A DNA stretch of 64,000 bases from a bacterium (GCA_963675295.2 CAXXKJ010000002.1:4352001-4416000); one strand, 5' to 3'. Shown: positions 21,397 through 31,792, numbered from the stretch's first letter. The notes: generated from the sequence alone by a model not told the origin. Made by a program: numbers and translations.

Positions 21397-23001
21397 ATGA
21401 CACGCCCAATCCCGACCCGGACACGCTGCTCCCTCACGCACACACGCCGATTCCTCGCCCTGATCGCCTTCTCTTTGCTGATCTCGTCTACCCCCTCTGC
21501 CCAACCTCCCGACACCTTGGGAACAAAGATCTGGGATTACGATACGTTCTATGAGCGGATTGAGTGTGTATCCGCTGTACCAGACGGTGGGTATATCACT
21601 TCGGGATTTACTTACTACGAGGATTTGGATTTTCGGACATGGACTGCTCGACTTGACGATGACGGGAATGATATCTGGATCCTCATTGATGACTTTGGCT
21701 CGGTGTTCACCGACGCCTCATACCACATCGAGCCAACGTCTGATGGGGCCTTCATCGAATGCGGCGAAACCTGGTCGGATACACCTTCATTCGGTGCAAA
21801 CGCATTCATCCGGAAACTCAGTAGCGACGGCGACATCATCTGGTCTCACGTGTATGACTATGGAAGTCCAATCGAGTACCTGACACACCTACGGGAAGTT
21901 GTTGCAGGTGGTTACATCGCTGCTGGGAAAATCGGTACGCAATCAAACATCATCCGTTTTGATGAAAATGGTGACTTTGTCTGGCAATGGCCGCTTCCAG
22001 ATCCTTTCGAAACTATCCATTGGGTTGAACCTACTGCCGATGGTGGATTCGTCATCCCGGCTGAACATTGGAACTCTAACGCTCAAGCCCGTGTGTATTC
22101 GCTCTACAAAATTGACGCCGGTGGAAATCAGCTTTGGATGAATGATGAAGTTGATCCGGATGGAACCCCGAAACACGGTGTTGCTTTTTGCGTGCGTGAA
22201 GATGAACAAGGATATCTTTATAGCTGCGGTGGAGTTCTTACGGATTCAACCCATTTTGATTTCTACGTCTCAAAACGAAATTCGGACGGTTCAGTGATCT
22301 GGTCGCAGTATCTTGATCGTAGTGGTGGCGGGGACGAAGCTGTTGAGCTGAGTATTTTGGCCGATGGGACGATTGAAGCAGTGGGACATGCGCAGGACGA
22401 ATCGAACAATTATATGCTATGGCTTGTGAAATATTCATCCAATGGGGAAGTCCTGTGGCTGTCTGAATTGCAGATGGGCGCTGAAGATACGAAAGCGACA
22501 TCCATGACACAGGGGCGAGATGGATCAATCGTCGCGGCCTACCTTCCTGAGGAAGACAATGATCCACTTGACCTTGCTTTGGTGAAATGGAAACCGGAAG
22601 TCCGGGTTGAATTACAGCCCAGAATGTCCGTTGTGCCTTCGCAAGGCCTTACGCTCCATTATCAGACCTTTGTCAGCAACATTCTGCTCGATCCAACGCC
22701 GCTCGATGTCTGGGCCACAGTCACCACCCCCGCCGGGAACACGTTCCCACTGCAGCAAATCTCGGTGACACTACAGCCGGGCGGGATGTTCTACCGTCCC
22801 TACGTCCCGCTGGATATCCCTGCCGCCGCACCACCGGGAGAGTACACGTTCGAGCTACATATCGGTGTCGCGCCGCCCGATGATCCACCCGGCGGCGCGA
22901 CCGGCAGCCGTCACATGGGACTGGGATCGTTTACCTTCGAAAAAGGGACCGGCACATCGGTGCCCGACGGTTCCGATTGGCTGCCGGACGGCACGCACTG
23001 A
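21397..23001 (+). CDS. Secreted beta-propeller-like repeat protein with C-terminal Ig-like domain, no T9SS CTD
   Basis: Signal peptide ...SA-QPPDTL; repeated 'DGGY/FI..G...K.D..G...W' blades; paralog at 46859-48385. Confidence 0.7.
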   Translation: MTRPIPTRTRCSLTHTRRFLALIAFSLLISSTPSAQPPDTLGTKIWDYDTFYERIECVSAVPDGGYITSGFTYYEDLDFRTWTARLDDDGNDIWILIDDFGSVFTDASYHIEPTSDGAFIECGETWSDTPSFGANAFIRKLSSDGDIIWSHVYDYGSPIEYLTHLREVVAGGYIAAGKIGTQSNIIRFDENGDFVWQWPLPDPFETIHWVEPTADGGFVIPAEHWNSNAQARVYSLYKIDAGGNQLWMNDEVDPDGTPKHGVAFCVREDEQGYLYSCGGVLTDSTHFDFYVSKRNSDGSVIWSQYLDRSGGGDEAVELSILADGTIEAVGHAQDESNNYMLWLVKYSSNGEVLWLSELQMGAEDTKATSMTQGRDGSIVAAYLPEEDNDPLDLALVKWKPEVRVELQPRMSVVPSQGLTLHYQTFVSNILLDPTPLDVWATVTTPAGNTFPLQQISVTLQPGGMFYRPYVPLDIPAAAPPGEYTFELHIGVAPPDDPPGGATGSRHMGLGSFTFEKGTGTSVPDGSDWLPDGTH

Positions 23002-23341
23002 CCTTCGACACCTCACACCTCGCCAGCGGGTCGTACTTTCTTCGAGCAATTGTACCCGGCCAGATAGACGAAATCCGCAAAATCACTCTACTTCGCTGAA
23101 ACCCTTCACGCAGGAGTTAAACATCCTGTTCCTGAGTGATTTGCACCATTAAATCGGGGACAGACGGTGGATTTTACGTGACGAAATTCACAGAAAACCT
23201 ACCGTCTGTCCCTGATTTAGACGCTGTCGAGCAATTTTCGAGCATCTCTCCCGCAACGTACCTACGGGCCCGGCGTGCTTATTTTGTACAACGCGAACGT
23301 ATGCTACCTGACCTGTTCCTCAATCCCGGCTGGAGTGTCCG

Positions 23342-25705
23342 ATGCGGTTCCGTTCGATCCTGGCAACCATCCTGTTCCCCGTTCTCGTGCTGGCCCTGTT
23401 CACCGGACCGGCGTCCGCGCAGAAGATCCACATCGCGTTTTTGTGGCACATGCACCAGCCGATTTATTACCCGGGCGAGACAATCGTCGAAACCGAAGCC
23501 GCGAACCATTACGACTATTCGGTCTACGACATCCACACCACCCGCACCGGCCCGTACACCTGGTGGCCGGCGGACGCGGTGCAAATGGGCATCAACGCCG
23601 GCATGGACCACTTCGGCGCGCAGGTATCGTTCACCGGCAGCCTCGTCGAAAACCTGAACGCCCTCGAGAACGCCGGCGTCGCCTTCAGCAACTGGCACAC
23701 GCCATGGAACCAGATGTCCACCACCTACACCGCCCTCGGCAACCCGCGCATCGACATGGTCGGCTTCGGCTACTTCCACCCGTTGATGGGCCTGCTCTGG
23801 GACAGCGACACCGCCATGCAGATCGCGAACCACCGCGCGCTCGACCTGCAGGAATTTGACGGCGGCTCATCCAACGGCATCTTCCCACCGGAGAATGCGT
23901 TCAGCATCGAGATGATCCCCGCGCTGGTCGATCAGGGGCTGGACTGGGTGCTGGTCGATAATATCCATTTCGATCGCGCATGCCAGGGGTATCCGTGGAC
24001 ATCCGGCGGATCGGTGGTTGAACCGAACGCTTCTGAGGTCCGCAACCCGAACCCGGGTGACTGGCTTGCGATGGACGGTCTCTGGGCACCGACACAAGTC
24101 TCCGCGCAATGGGGCCATCAGCCGCATTACGTCGAACACGTCGACCCGGTGACGAACCAGACCCGTCGCATCATCGCCGTCCCGGCCAGCCGCTACTTGG
24201 GCAACGAGGACGGCCGTGGCGGTTTCGGCGCGCTGCAGTACGACTATGTCATGAGCCAGCTCGAGCCGTACAACACCGACCCAGCGCACCCGATCCTCGT
24301 CGTGCTGCACCATGACGGCGACAACCACGGCGGCGGCACCGATTCCTACTACCACAACAATTTCCAAGCGTTCGTCAATTGGCTCGCCGCCAACGATGAC
24401 CGTTTCGAGTGCACCACCATCGAAGATTATCTCGAACGCTTCCCTCCCGCGCAAAATGACATCATTCACGTCGAGCCCGGCTCTTGGGCCGGTGCGGACG
24501 CCGGCGATCCGGAATTCAAGAAATGGCTTGGCGATCCGTACCAGGGCTACAGCCCGGACATCAACAGCTGGGGCGTGATCACCGCCGCGAAACACATCGT
24601 TACCGCCGCGTGGCTCAACGCATCCGGCAACGCCGACGTGCAGCAAGCCGCGCGCTACCTGCACATGGGCCAGGCGTCTGATTACTGGTACTGGGACGGG
24701 TCGCAGGGCGGCATCTGGGACACGCACCCGACCCGCGCCGCGAACCTCGCGATTCCACTGGCGCAGCCGTACGCCGCGAACGCCGACCTCGGCCCGACCA
24801 TCTTCCTCCCGCAACGCGAACCGTACAACCCCGGCGCGACCGAGTGGGATTTGCAGCAACCGGCGGCGTTTGACGTCTGGACCTACGCCTACGACCTCGA
24901 CGGCATCGCGTCGGTCGAGCTGCTGGTCCGCGTGGACGCCGACGGTGTCAACGATCCGTCCACCCACGCCAACGAGACGTACATCGGTGGGCCGGGGGTC
25001 AGCGCGTGGCGATCGTTGCCGATGGCGGCGTCGTGGATCGAGCCGCAGACCAACGACGACCCACTCGCGAAAGCGTACGAGTACCGCCGGACCGTGCCCG
25101 GGATTGCGTCCAACCGCCTGCTCGACTACTACGTCAAGGCGACCGACACGCAGGGCCACGTGACGCGCAGCCCGATCCAGCATGTCTACGTCGGCCCGTA
25201 CGGCGGCGGAGGCGGAGGTGGCGGCTGGGTGATCGACGGCACGCTCGACGACGACGCGCGCCTGTTGTACCAGAGCGGCGAGTTTTCGTTGTGGGGCGGG
25301 ATTCGTGGCGACTCGCTTTACGTTGCCGCAACCGCCGCGCCGGAGTTGGGTGAGGATGTCTTCATCGTGATCGCGGAGCAGCCGGGCGCGTTGCAGGACG
25401 CCATGTGGGCGAAGGCGGGACAGGTGGCGGCGTGGGATCTGTTCATCGGCAACGAGTCCACGAACAACTGGAGCGGACCCTTCGACAACCAGTCGGACAT
25501 CCAGACGGCGTCCGGCACCGTCGTCGAAGCCCTGATTCGCATGTCCGAGGAATGGCCGGGTGGCGTCGACGGCCTGTATTTCTTCGCCGCCACCTACGAA
25601 ACCCCCGACGGCGGCTCGTTAACGGGTCAGCTCCCGACCGCCAACAATGACAATACTGTTCCGAGCAGCGAGTGGGGGTATCGGGGATTCAGTAGATTGC
25701 GTTGA
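23342..25705 (+). CDS. Secreted glycoside hydrolase, GH57/GH119-like alpha-glucan-active enzyme
   Basis: Signal peptide; AFLWHMHQP, FPPENAF, HDGDN and SDYWYW motifs. Confidence 0.75.
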   Translation: MRFRSILATILFPVLVLALFTGPASAQKIHIAFLWHMHQPIYYPGETIVETEAANHYDYSVYDIHTTRTGPYTWWPADAVQMGINAGMDHFGAQVSFTGSLVENLNALENAGVAFSNWHTPWNQMSTTYTALGNPRIDMVGFGYFHPLMGLLWDSDTAMQIANHRALDLQEFDGGSSNGIFPPENAFSIEMIPALVDQGLDWVLVDNIHFDRACQGYPWTSGGSVVEPNASEVRNPNPGDWLAMDGLWAPTQVSAQWGHQPHYVEHVDPVTNQTRRIIAVPASRYLGNEDGRGGFGALQYDYVMSQLEPYNTDPAHPILVVLHHDGDNHGGGTDSYYHNNFQAFVNWLAANDDRFECTTIEDYLERFPPAQNDIIHVEPGSWAGADAGDPEFKKWLGDPYQGYSPDINSWGVITAAKHIVTAAWLNASGNADVQQAARYLHMGQASDYWYWDGSQGGIWDTHPTRAANLAIPLAQPYAANADLGPTIFLPQREPYNPGATEWDLQQPAAFDVWTYAYDLDGIASVELLVRVDADGVNDPSTHANETYIGGPGVSAWRSLPMAASWIEPQTNDDPLAKAYEYRRTVPGIASNRLLDYYVKATDTQGHVTRSPIQHVYVGPYGGGGGGGGWVIDGTLDDDARLLYQSGEFSLWGGIRGDSLYVAATAAPELGEDVFIVIAEQPGALQDAMWAKAGQVAAWDLFIGNESTNNWSGPFDNQSDIQTASGTVVEALIRMSEEWPGGVDGLYFFAATYETPDGGSLTGQLPTANNDNTVPSSEWGYRGFSRLR

Positions 25706-25765
25706 TACTATTAAATAGTATATTTTGCAATTAATTGGACAGTCGAAAACGCTTTGGAGGATCAT

Positions 25766-26056
25766 ATGTTTGAATTTGCACTAATTATTGGTGCGGTAGT
25801 AGTTCTGATAAGTTGGGCAATTAATTCTTCAAAAGAAAAGAGGCGAATTCGAGAATTGGAGAAGGACATTGATCAAGAATATGATGAGAAGTTACGTATT
25901 AAGTTACAAGAAATCGATGATGAATATTAGCGAAATTTAGCTGAAATAGACTATGATTATGAGGAGTTAGGTCGTCGCAATGAAGCTGGAGACCTTTCGG
26001 AAGAAGAATATCAGAATGAAATTGAACGTTTAAACCAGAAGTGGGGTAAACACTAG
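25766..26056 (+). pseudogene. AT-rich small membrane-anchored acidic protein interrupted by in-frame TAG at 25928
   Basis: RBS GGAGG; translates MFEFALIIGAVVVLISWAINSSKEKRRIRELEKDIDQEYDEKLRIKLQEIDDEY*RNLAEIDYDYEELGRRNEAGDLSEEEYQNEIERLNQKWGKH*. Confidence 0.55.
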
Positions 26057-26070
26057 AAATCTTAGCCAGC

Positions 26071-26163
26071 GTAACCCGTCACTCCCAATGCCGGGACACC
26101 GATTACCACGGACTTCAGTCCGTGGTATAAAATAACCCGGCAACCAGCCGATTGCCGGGCTAC
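26071..26163. repeat. Composite REP/REPIN-like element (three palindromes)
   Basis: gtaacccg..tgccggg + taccacggacttcagtccgtggta + cccggcaaccagccgattgccgggctac; an IS-disrupted copy lies at 28767-31739 and the core palindrome recurs at 44177-44202. Confidence 0.8.
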
Positions 26164-26532
26164 AGGGTGTTACTCACAGCTCATAGCTCACAAGCCCCCC
26201 CCACCACACGCCTTCCTCCCCGATTCCCAACCACCAACCCATCCCCCATCCGCTAGCTAGTCCGCACCCGATCCAACACCCTGCATCTGTCAGCGCGGCA
26301 CCCTTTGCCCCACACCAGCAATTGACCATCATGAAAGTTCCATAATAGTAACGCCTTATTTATCAAGATTTTATCCCACACGCTGAATATTTCCCGAGTT
26401 ACACGGCAGGTCTCTGATTATCGATTCACTGTAGATAGTGTATTGAACTACTGACTTTTCTTTCAAAGCTTTTGGATCAGCAGAAACGATCACACAGATC
26501 GTATTAAAGGAAAAACTGAGGGGGATTGGGGG

Positions 26533-28560
26533 ATGAAGACGTTTCGTGTTGTCGCGCGAACCATGCTGCTGCTTGGGTTGTTGCTGCTGGTTGCCGGGTG
26601 TCCTGAGGGGGACAGTTTGTTGGTCGAGGCGGATGGGGATTACCACGACGGACGTGTGCGTGCCACAGTTCATGGCACAGTGATGGCGAATGATACGCAG
26701 ACGCCGATTCAGGGTGTGCAGGTCATTTATTCGCTGAACAATGAGACCATTGAAACGACCACGGACGCAAACGGTTACTACGAGAGTGCCTTACTGACGG
26801 AAGGGCAGTACGTTTTCACGTTCAACTCTCCGGACGCGGATTATGCGAGCTGGCAGGAGATGGTCAATGTCGTGTATGGCCAGGCGCAGCAGGTTCCGTC
26901 CCAGGAGGATTTCATCCAGAATATCGGGCGGAATGTCTTTCTGTTCCGAACCGATGCCGGCGTCAAGGGCTACGTTTACGCGCAGATGAACGATGAAGAA
27001 ACCGTCGTTGCGGAGGGTGCGGTTGTCCGGGTGATGAACCTGGCTGGAATCGTCAACCAGGATTACAGCGATACCACAGACGCCGACGGGTTTTTCATGA
27101 TTGATGAACTTCCCGCCGTCGCCGGAGCGCAGCTTCTGGTGCTCCCGTGGGAGAATGACGACGTCGAATTCGCGCCCACAACCCGGAACATTCAGCTGAC
27201 GCAGGGCGCAACGGTAACAGTGAATCCCGTTGTGGTTTTACCCAACGCGGGCGGCGTGATGGTGCTGTCGAACAATTTCGCGAATGGTGACGTGGCTGCC
27301 GATCAGAGTTTCGATCTCGTGTTCAACCGTCCCATCCTGGAGGACGAGTTGAATGTCGTCCTCACCCGGATCAATTCGGGGACGACCATTTCGACAACGG
27401 TAACCGTCGATCCTACCATGTTGCAGGTAACGGTACAACCCGTTGTCCCGCTGCAGCTCAGCCAGTTTTACCGGCTCGATGTGGACGGTACCACCGTTGA
27501 CTTCCAGGATTTCGATTTCAGCTGGAATTTCACCACCGAAGACGGGATCATGCTGGAATCCCATAACCTCGAGATCGCGGACGGCATCCCGCGTGAATTT
27601 GAACTCACCGAGGCGGCCGAGTTTACGTTCAACATCCCGGTGGACCCGAACAATCTGGGCAATGTGGTTGAGGTTCAGCGCGGCGGCACCGATGTCCTGG
27701 TCACGTGGAATCTGACCAATGACAACAAAACGCTGGAGGTTGAACCTGTCGGCAGCTATCTGTTCGATACGGCCTACATGATCGAGTTCACCATGTTCTC
27801 GGAGAAGGTGAACGACAGCTACACCACCCCGGGACCATTGACGATCCAGACGATTTCCAACACGATCGCTCCCGACCCGGTAACCGGCCTGGAGCTGGAC
27901 GAGCTTTCCATTCCGGACGGCGTGGACTGGAATACGACCAACATTCCGCTGCAGTGGGATGCGCAGGAAAACGTGTCGGTGTACCAGGTGTACGCAACGA
28001 ATTCCTACAGCGTGACCGACAATGTCCTGATTGCCGAGTTTCCGCCAAGCGTACTCAACGGCACCGAGTACCGGTTCGTCAACCTGGCCAACAAGCCTGA
28101 ATTTGACTGGATTGACGGGGATGGAATCCAGACACCGTTTACCGATGGCATCGAAACAGACTTCATGGTTCGTGCGGTGAACGGCGCGGGGTTCGGCGAG
28201 TTTTCGAACGACCTCACCGTCGAAGATACCCGCGCTCCGGTTCTGCCCGGCCTGTTGCAAAATGGATCGGTGAACAATCCCACGGATGCCGAGGTAACGG
28301 TGATCATCACCTTCGCGAACAACATGGAGTACTGCTCGGAAAGCGCACCGACGGTCTTGTTCCTCGACGGCGGCACCCCGGATGACACCCTTTCACCCAG
28401 CGACACGGAGTGGACGTGGAATCCCAACATGCGCAACGGGGAACTCGTGATCACTGTCCCGCCGCAATTCAACGGTTCCGGCGATACCCTGATCATTTCC
28501 AACATCAGCGACAGCAGCGGCAATCTGTCCGATGGCACGACGAGCCGTGTGCTGTTCTAA
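26533..28560 (+). CDS. Lipoprotein with carboxypeptidase-regulatory-like and Ig-like (Big) domains
   Basis: Lipobox VAGC; TTTDANGYY and TTDADGFF repeats; beta-sandwich patterns. Confidence 0.75.
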   Translation: MKTFRVVARTMLLLGLLLLVAGCPEGDSLLVEADGDYHDGRVRATVHGTVMANDTQTPIQGVQVIYSLNNETIETTTDANGYYESALLTEGQYVFTFNSPDADYASWQEMVNVVYGQAQQVPSQEDFIQNIGRNVFLFRTDAGVKGYVYAQMNDEETVVAEGAVVRVMNLAGIVNQDYSDTTDADGFFMIDELPAVAGAQLLVLPWENDDVEFAPTTRNIQLTQGATVTVNPVVVLPNAGGVMVLSNNFANGDVAADQSFDLVFNRPILEDELNVVLTRINSGTTISTTVTVDPTMLQVTVQPVVPLQLSQFYRLDVDGTTVDFQDFDFSWNFTTEDGIMLESHNLEIADGIPREFELTEAAEFTFNIPVDPNNLGNVVEVQRGGTDVLVTWNLTNDNKTLEVEPVGSYLFDTAYMIEFTMFSEKVNDSYTTPGPLTIQTISNTIAPDPVTGLELDELSIPDGVDWNTTNIPLQWDAQENVSVYQVYATNSYSVTDNVLIAEFPPSVLNGTEYRFVNLANKPEFDWIDGDGIQTPFTDGIETDFMVRAVNGAGFGEFSNDLTVEDTRAPVLPGLLQNGSVNNPTDAEVTVIITFANNMEYCSESAPTVLFLDGGTPDDTLSPSDTEWTWNPNMRNGELVITVPPQFNGSGDTLIISNISDSSGNLSDGTTSRVLF

Positions 28561-28819
28561 CCGGTAGCCATGTTGTGTGGGCAGGTAATGCAGCTCGAAA
28601 CCGTTCGGTAAAAGCCTTGCGGTAATTGCAGAGTGGTAAATGCAATGCGGAAAACACGGAGTGGCCCGGTTTGCTTGTCAAGCCGGGCTTTTTTTGGCGA
28701 ATTGGATTGGCCGACCGAAACCGCGTGTTGGACAACAGCCAGTGTAGCCCGGCACATTGCGTCAAGGTAGCCCGGCACTCCCAGTGCCGGGACTTCGATT
28801 ACCACGGACTTTAGTCCGT

Positions 28820-30433
28820 CAGACTGCTGACAAAGTCCCCACGGGCTCTCGACCTGTGGGGATTTGTTTTGTATCTTTGTAGATGCTACCTACTTCCAAA
28901 GCTCATCAAAGCGCAGCGGAGCTTATTTACATTGACGATTTGGTCCCGGACGATCATCTTTTGCGGAAGATTGATGCGGCAATTGATTTTTCGTTTATCC
29001 GGGATCGTGTAAAGCATCTCTACAGCGCCGACAATGGCCGTCCGGCTGTTGACCCTGTCCTTCTGTTCAAGATGTTGTTCATCGGTTACCTGTACGGAAT
29101 TCGGTCCGAGCGTCAGCTGGTGCGTGAGATCCAGGTCAATGTTGCCTATCGCTGGTTCCTCGGGCTGGATCTGCGTGACAAGGTGCCGGACGCGTCCACG
29201 ATCAGCCAGAATCGACGACGCCGTTTCCGTGAAAGCACCATCTTCCAGGAGATCTTCGACGAGATCGTGCTGCTGGCGATCCGTCGTGGCCTGGTCGATG
29301 GCCGGGTCTTGTTCACCGATTCGACGCACCTGAAAGCCAGCGCGAACAAGAAGAAGTTCAAGAAGCGGCAGGTGACAGTGGCGACGAAGTCGTATCTGTC
29401 CGATCTGGAAGAGGCGGTGGATGCGGATCGCCTGGCGCATGGCAAAAAGCCACTGAAGAAACGTGACAATGACGATTCATCACCGCCGGCGACAAAGGAA
29501 ATCAAGGTCAGCACCACCGATCCGGACAGCGGCTTCATGGTGCGGGACGGCAAGCCGCAGGGCTTTTTCTACCTTGACCACCGTACCGTAGACAACAAGG
29601 CCGGAATCATCACCGACACGCATGTCACCCCCGGCAATGTGCATGACAGCACCCCCTACCTTGAGCGCCTCGATGCGCAGATCTGCAAATTCCACTTCCC
29701 GGTGGAAAGGGTCGGTCACGACGCCGGCTACAATACCGCCGCCATCTGCAAGGGGCTGGAGGATCGAAAGATCGACGGCGTGATCGGCTCGGTACGTACG
29801 ACACGCAAGAAGGGAATGCTGGCAAAACGACTGTTTGTGTACGATTCGCTGGGGGATGTCTACCACTGTCCCGGCGGCCAGACACTACCGTATCGCACGA
29901 CGACACGTGAAGGCTACCAGGAATATGTTTCCGACCCGTCGCGCTGTGTCCTCTGTCCCCTGTTGCAGCAATGCACCGAAAGCGCCAATCACCGCAAGGT
30001 GGTCACCCGGCACGTGTGGCAGGCCAGCCGTGAAAAGATGATCGCGACCGCTCGGACAGAACGCGGACGGGCCACGTACCGGCGACGACGGGAGACGGTC
30101 GAACGCAGCTTCGGCGAAGCCAAACAACTGTATGGCCATCGCTATGCCCGGCTGCGCTCGATAGCCGGAGCACGTGAACAATGCCTGCTGTCCGCCGCCT
30201 GCCAGAACATGAAGAAGATCGCCATGACAATGGCGAAACACCCCTCTATCTCAAGACTATGGACCTATTTAGCCGGTCTTCTATCCCAGCGCACCACGCT
30301 CAACGGTCTCGATAGAAAAATCGAGCGAAGAACCAAACACAACCTGCCAACTACACCACAAATCCAACCAGTAGGATGTGCCGTGTGAATACAAAACAAA
30401 CCCCATCAAATGACGGGGTTTGTCAGCAGTCTG
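28820..30433 (+). mobile_element. IS1182-family insertion sequence
   Basis: 15-bp IR cagactgctgacaaa/tttgtcagcagtctg; 16-bp DR acggactttagtccgt at 28804-28819 and 30434-30449. Confidence 0.92.
28883..30388 (+). CDS. IS1182-family transposase
   Basis: LVPDDHLLRKID, GIRSERQL, TDSTHLKA, STTDPDSG, DAGY and ETVERSF motifs. Confidence 0.95.
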   Translation: MLPTSKAHQSAAELIYIDDLVPDDHLLRKIDAAIDFSFIRDRVKHLYSADNGRPAVDPVLLFKMLFIGYLYGIRSERQLVREIQVNVAYRWFLGLDLRDKVPDASTISQNRRRRFRESTIFQEIFDEIVLLAIRRGLVDGRVLFTDSTHLKASANKKKFKKRQVTVATKSYLSDLEEAVDADRLAHGKKPLKKRDNDDSSPPATKEIKVSTTDPDSGFMVRDGKPQGFFYLDHRTVDNKAGIITDTHVTPGNVHDSTPYLERLDAQICKFHFPVERVGHDAGYNTAAICKGLEDRKIDGVIGSVRTTRKKGMLAKRLFVYDSLGDVYHCPGGQTLPYRTTTREGYQEYVSDPSRCVLCPLLQQCTESANHRKVVTRHVWQASREKMIATARTERGRATYRRRRETVERSFGEAKQLYGHRYARLRSIAGAREQCLLSAACQNMKKIAMTMAKHPSISRLWTYLAGLLSQRTTLNGLDRKIERRTKHNLPTTPQIQPVGCAV

Positions 30434-30484
30434 ACGGACTTTAGTCCGTGGCATTGGACTTGCCCTGAATTCACGGACACTTTA

Positions 30485-31309
30485 CTACACCCGTTTGAAG
30501 TCCTTCATGGCTTCAGCGGGTGTTTTGTAGTTCAGGCTTGAGTGTCTTCTTTTGGTGTTGTAGAACCGTTCAATATACTGGTACAGGCTTCGTTTGGCAT
30601 CTTCACGTGTGCCATAGCGTGCGTCGTTGACTTCTTCGATTTTCAGCGTGCAGAAGAAGCTTTCGATCATAGCGTTGTCCCAGCAGTTGCCTTTGCGGCT
30701 CATGGACGGCAGCATCTGGCAAGAGGCAAGGGCCGCCTGGTATTGGTCGCTGGCGTATTGCGAGCCCTGATCGGAGTGATGGATCAGGCCAGCAGCGGGT
30801 CTGCGGCGTTGCTGTGCCATCATCAGACTGCGCAAGGTCAACTGGCGGGTCAGTCGCCTGGATGTTGCCCAGCCGACGATCATCCGCGTACCCAGATCCA
30901 GCACCGCCGCTAGATACAACCACCCTTCATCCGTGGCAATGTAGGTGATATCTGCCACCCAGGCCCAGTCGGGGACACCGGCGTCAAAGCGACGGGAAAG
31001 AAGATTCGGCGCCACAGCAGTCTGTCCGGAGGAACGGGTGGTTTGCGGACGATACCCGCGACGTTGTTTGGCACGTATGCGGTGCTCCCGCATCAGCCGC
31101 GCGACACGGTGACGTCCACAAGCAAACCCACGCGCCACAAGCTCGCGATGCATACGCGGGCTGCCATACGTAAAACGGACTTGCGGATGGATCGTACGTA
31201 TCACATCCACCAGAACCGCATTCTGACAGGCTCGCGCGCTGGGCGCACGGTCACGCCAAGCGTAATATCCACTGCGTGAAACACGCAAAAGACGGCACAT
31301 CACAGCCAC
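30485..31309 (-). CDS. IS3 transposase OrfB (rve integrase core)
   Basis: WVADITYI, HHSDQGSQY and CWDNAMIESFF motifs; probably fused to OrfA by -1 frameshift at the A-run near 31381-31387. Confidence 0.92.
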   Translation of the reverse strand: MAVMCRLLRVSRSGYYAWRDRAPSARACQNAVLVDVIRTIHPQVRFTYGSPRMHRELVARGFACGRHRVARLMREHRIRAKQRRGYRPQTTRSSGQTAVAPNLLSRRFDAGVPDWAWVADITYIATDEGWLYLAAVLDLGTRMIVGWATSRRLTRQLTLRSLMMAQQRRRPAAGLIHHSDQGSQYASDQYQAALASCQMLPSMSRKGNCWDNAMIESFFCTLKIEEVNDARYGTREDAKRSLYQYIERFYNTKRRHSSLNYKTPAEAMKDFKRV

Positions 31310-31317
31310 GGGATAAA

Positions 31318-31638
31318 TCAGCGCCTTTTCCCGGATGAATCGGTACCGATGCTCGATTCCTTCCCGAAAAAGGCCATGGCTTTTTTTAAGATCTCGTTCT
31401 CCTGACGAAGACGAGCATTCTCGCGCTCTAGCTGGCGCTGCTTCGCTGCCGAACTGCGAACATGACCACTGCCCGGAAACGAATCCGATCCCTCGCGATC
31501 CAACTGACGCTTCCAGCGGCGAACAACGCTGGGATCCAAACCCATGTCCAAGGCAACTCGATTGCAGCGGAGGCCGCTGTCCTCAATCCGCTGCAAGACC
31601 TCCACCTTGAACGAACGGCTGAAGTGACGACGCTTCAT
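31318..31638 (-). CDS. IS3 transposase OrfA (HTH)
   Basis: RRHFSRSFK...LERENARLRQENEILKKAMAFF. Confidence 0.9.
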   Translation of the reverse strand: MKRRHFSRSFKVEVLQRIEDSGLRCNRVALDMGLDPSVVRRWKRQLDREGSDSFPGSGHVRSSAAKQRQLERENARLRQENEILKKAMAFFGKESSIGTDSSGKRR

Positions 31639-31792
31639 CGTGACCTCCTATCCTTCCAATATCGGACTTCTTTCACTGTCCGTGAAAAGAGGGGAGGTCC
31701 ACATAGAAAAGCCCGGCAACCAGCCGATTGCCGGGCTACAGGTTTTGCTCACCGCTAAGAGCTTACAACTCACCACTCACCACTGTCCCACC

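Larger units (their letters stand above)
30455..31701 (-). mobile_element. IS3-family insertion sequence
   Basis: TG...CA ends with imperfect IRs (tggacttgccctgaattcacggaca / tgtccgtgaaaagaggggaggtcca); 3-bp DR CAT (30452-54, 31702-04). Confidence 0.9.

Noticed and set aside
25928-25930. Genome-wide TAG recoding
   Set aside because: Many conserved genes here (ACAD, thiolase, paralogs 1-2) end at TAG at the expected position
26057-26175. attC site making the AT-rich ORF an integron cassette
   Set aside because: No convincing RYYYAAC/GTTRRRY boxes and no integrase; the sequence matches the REPIN-like family seen at 28767-31739
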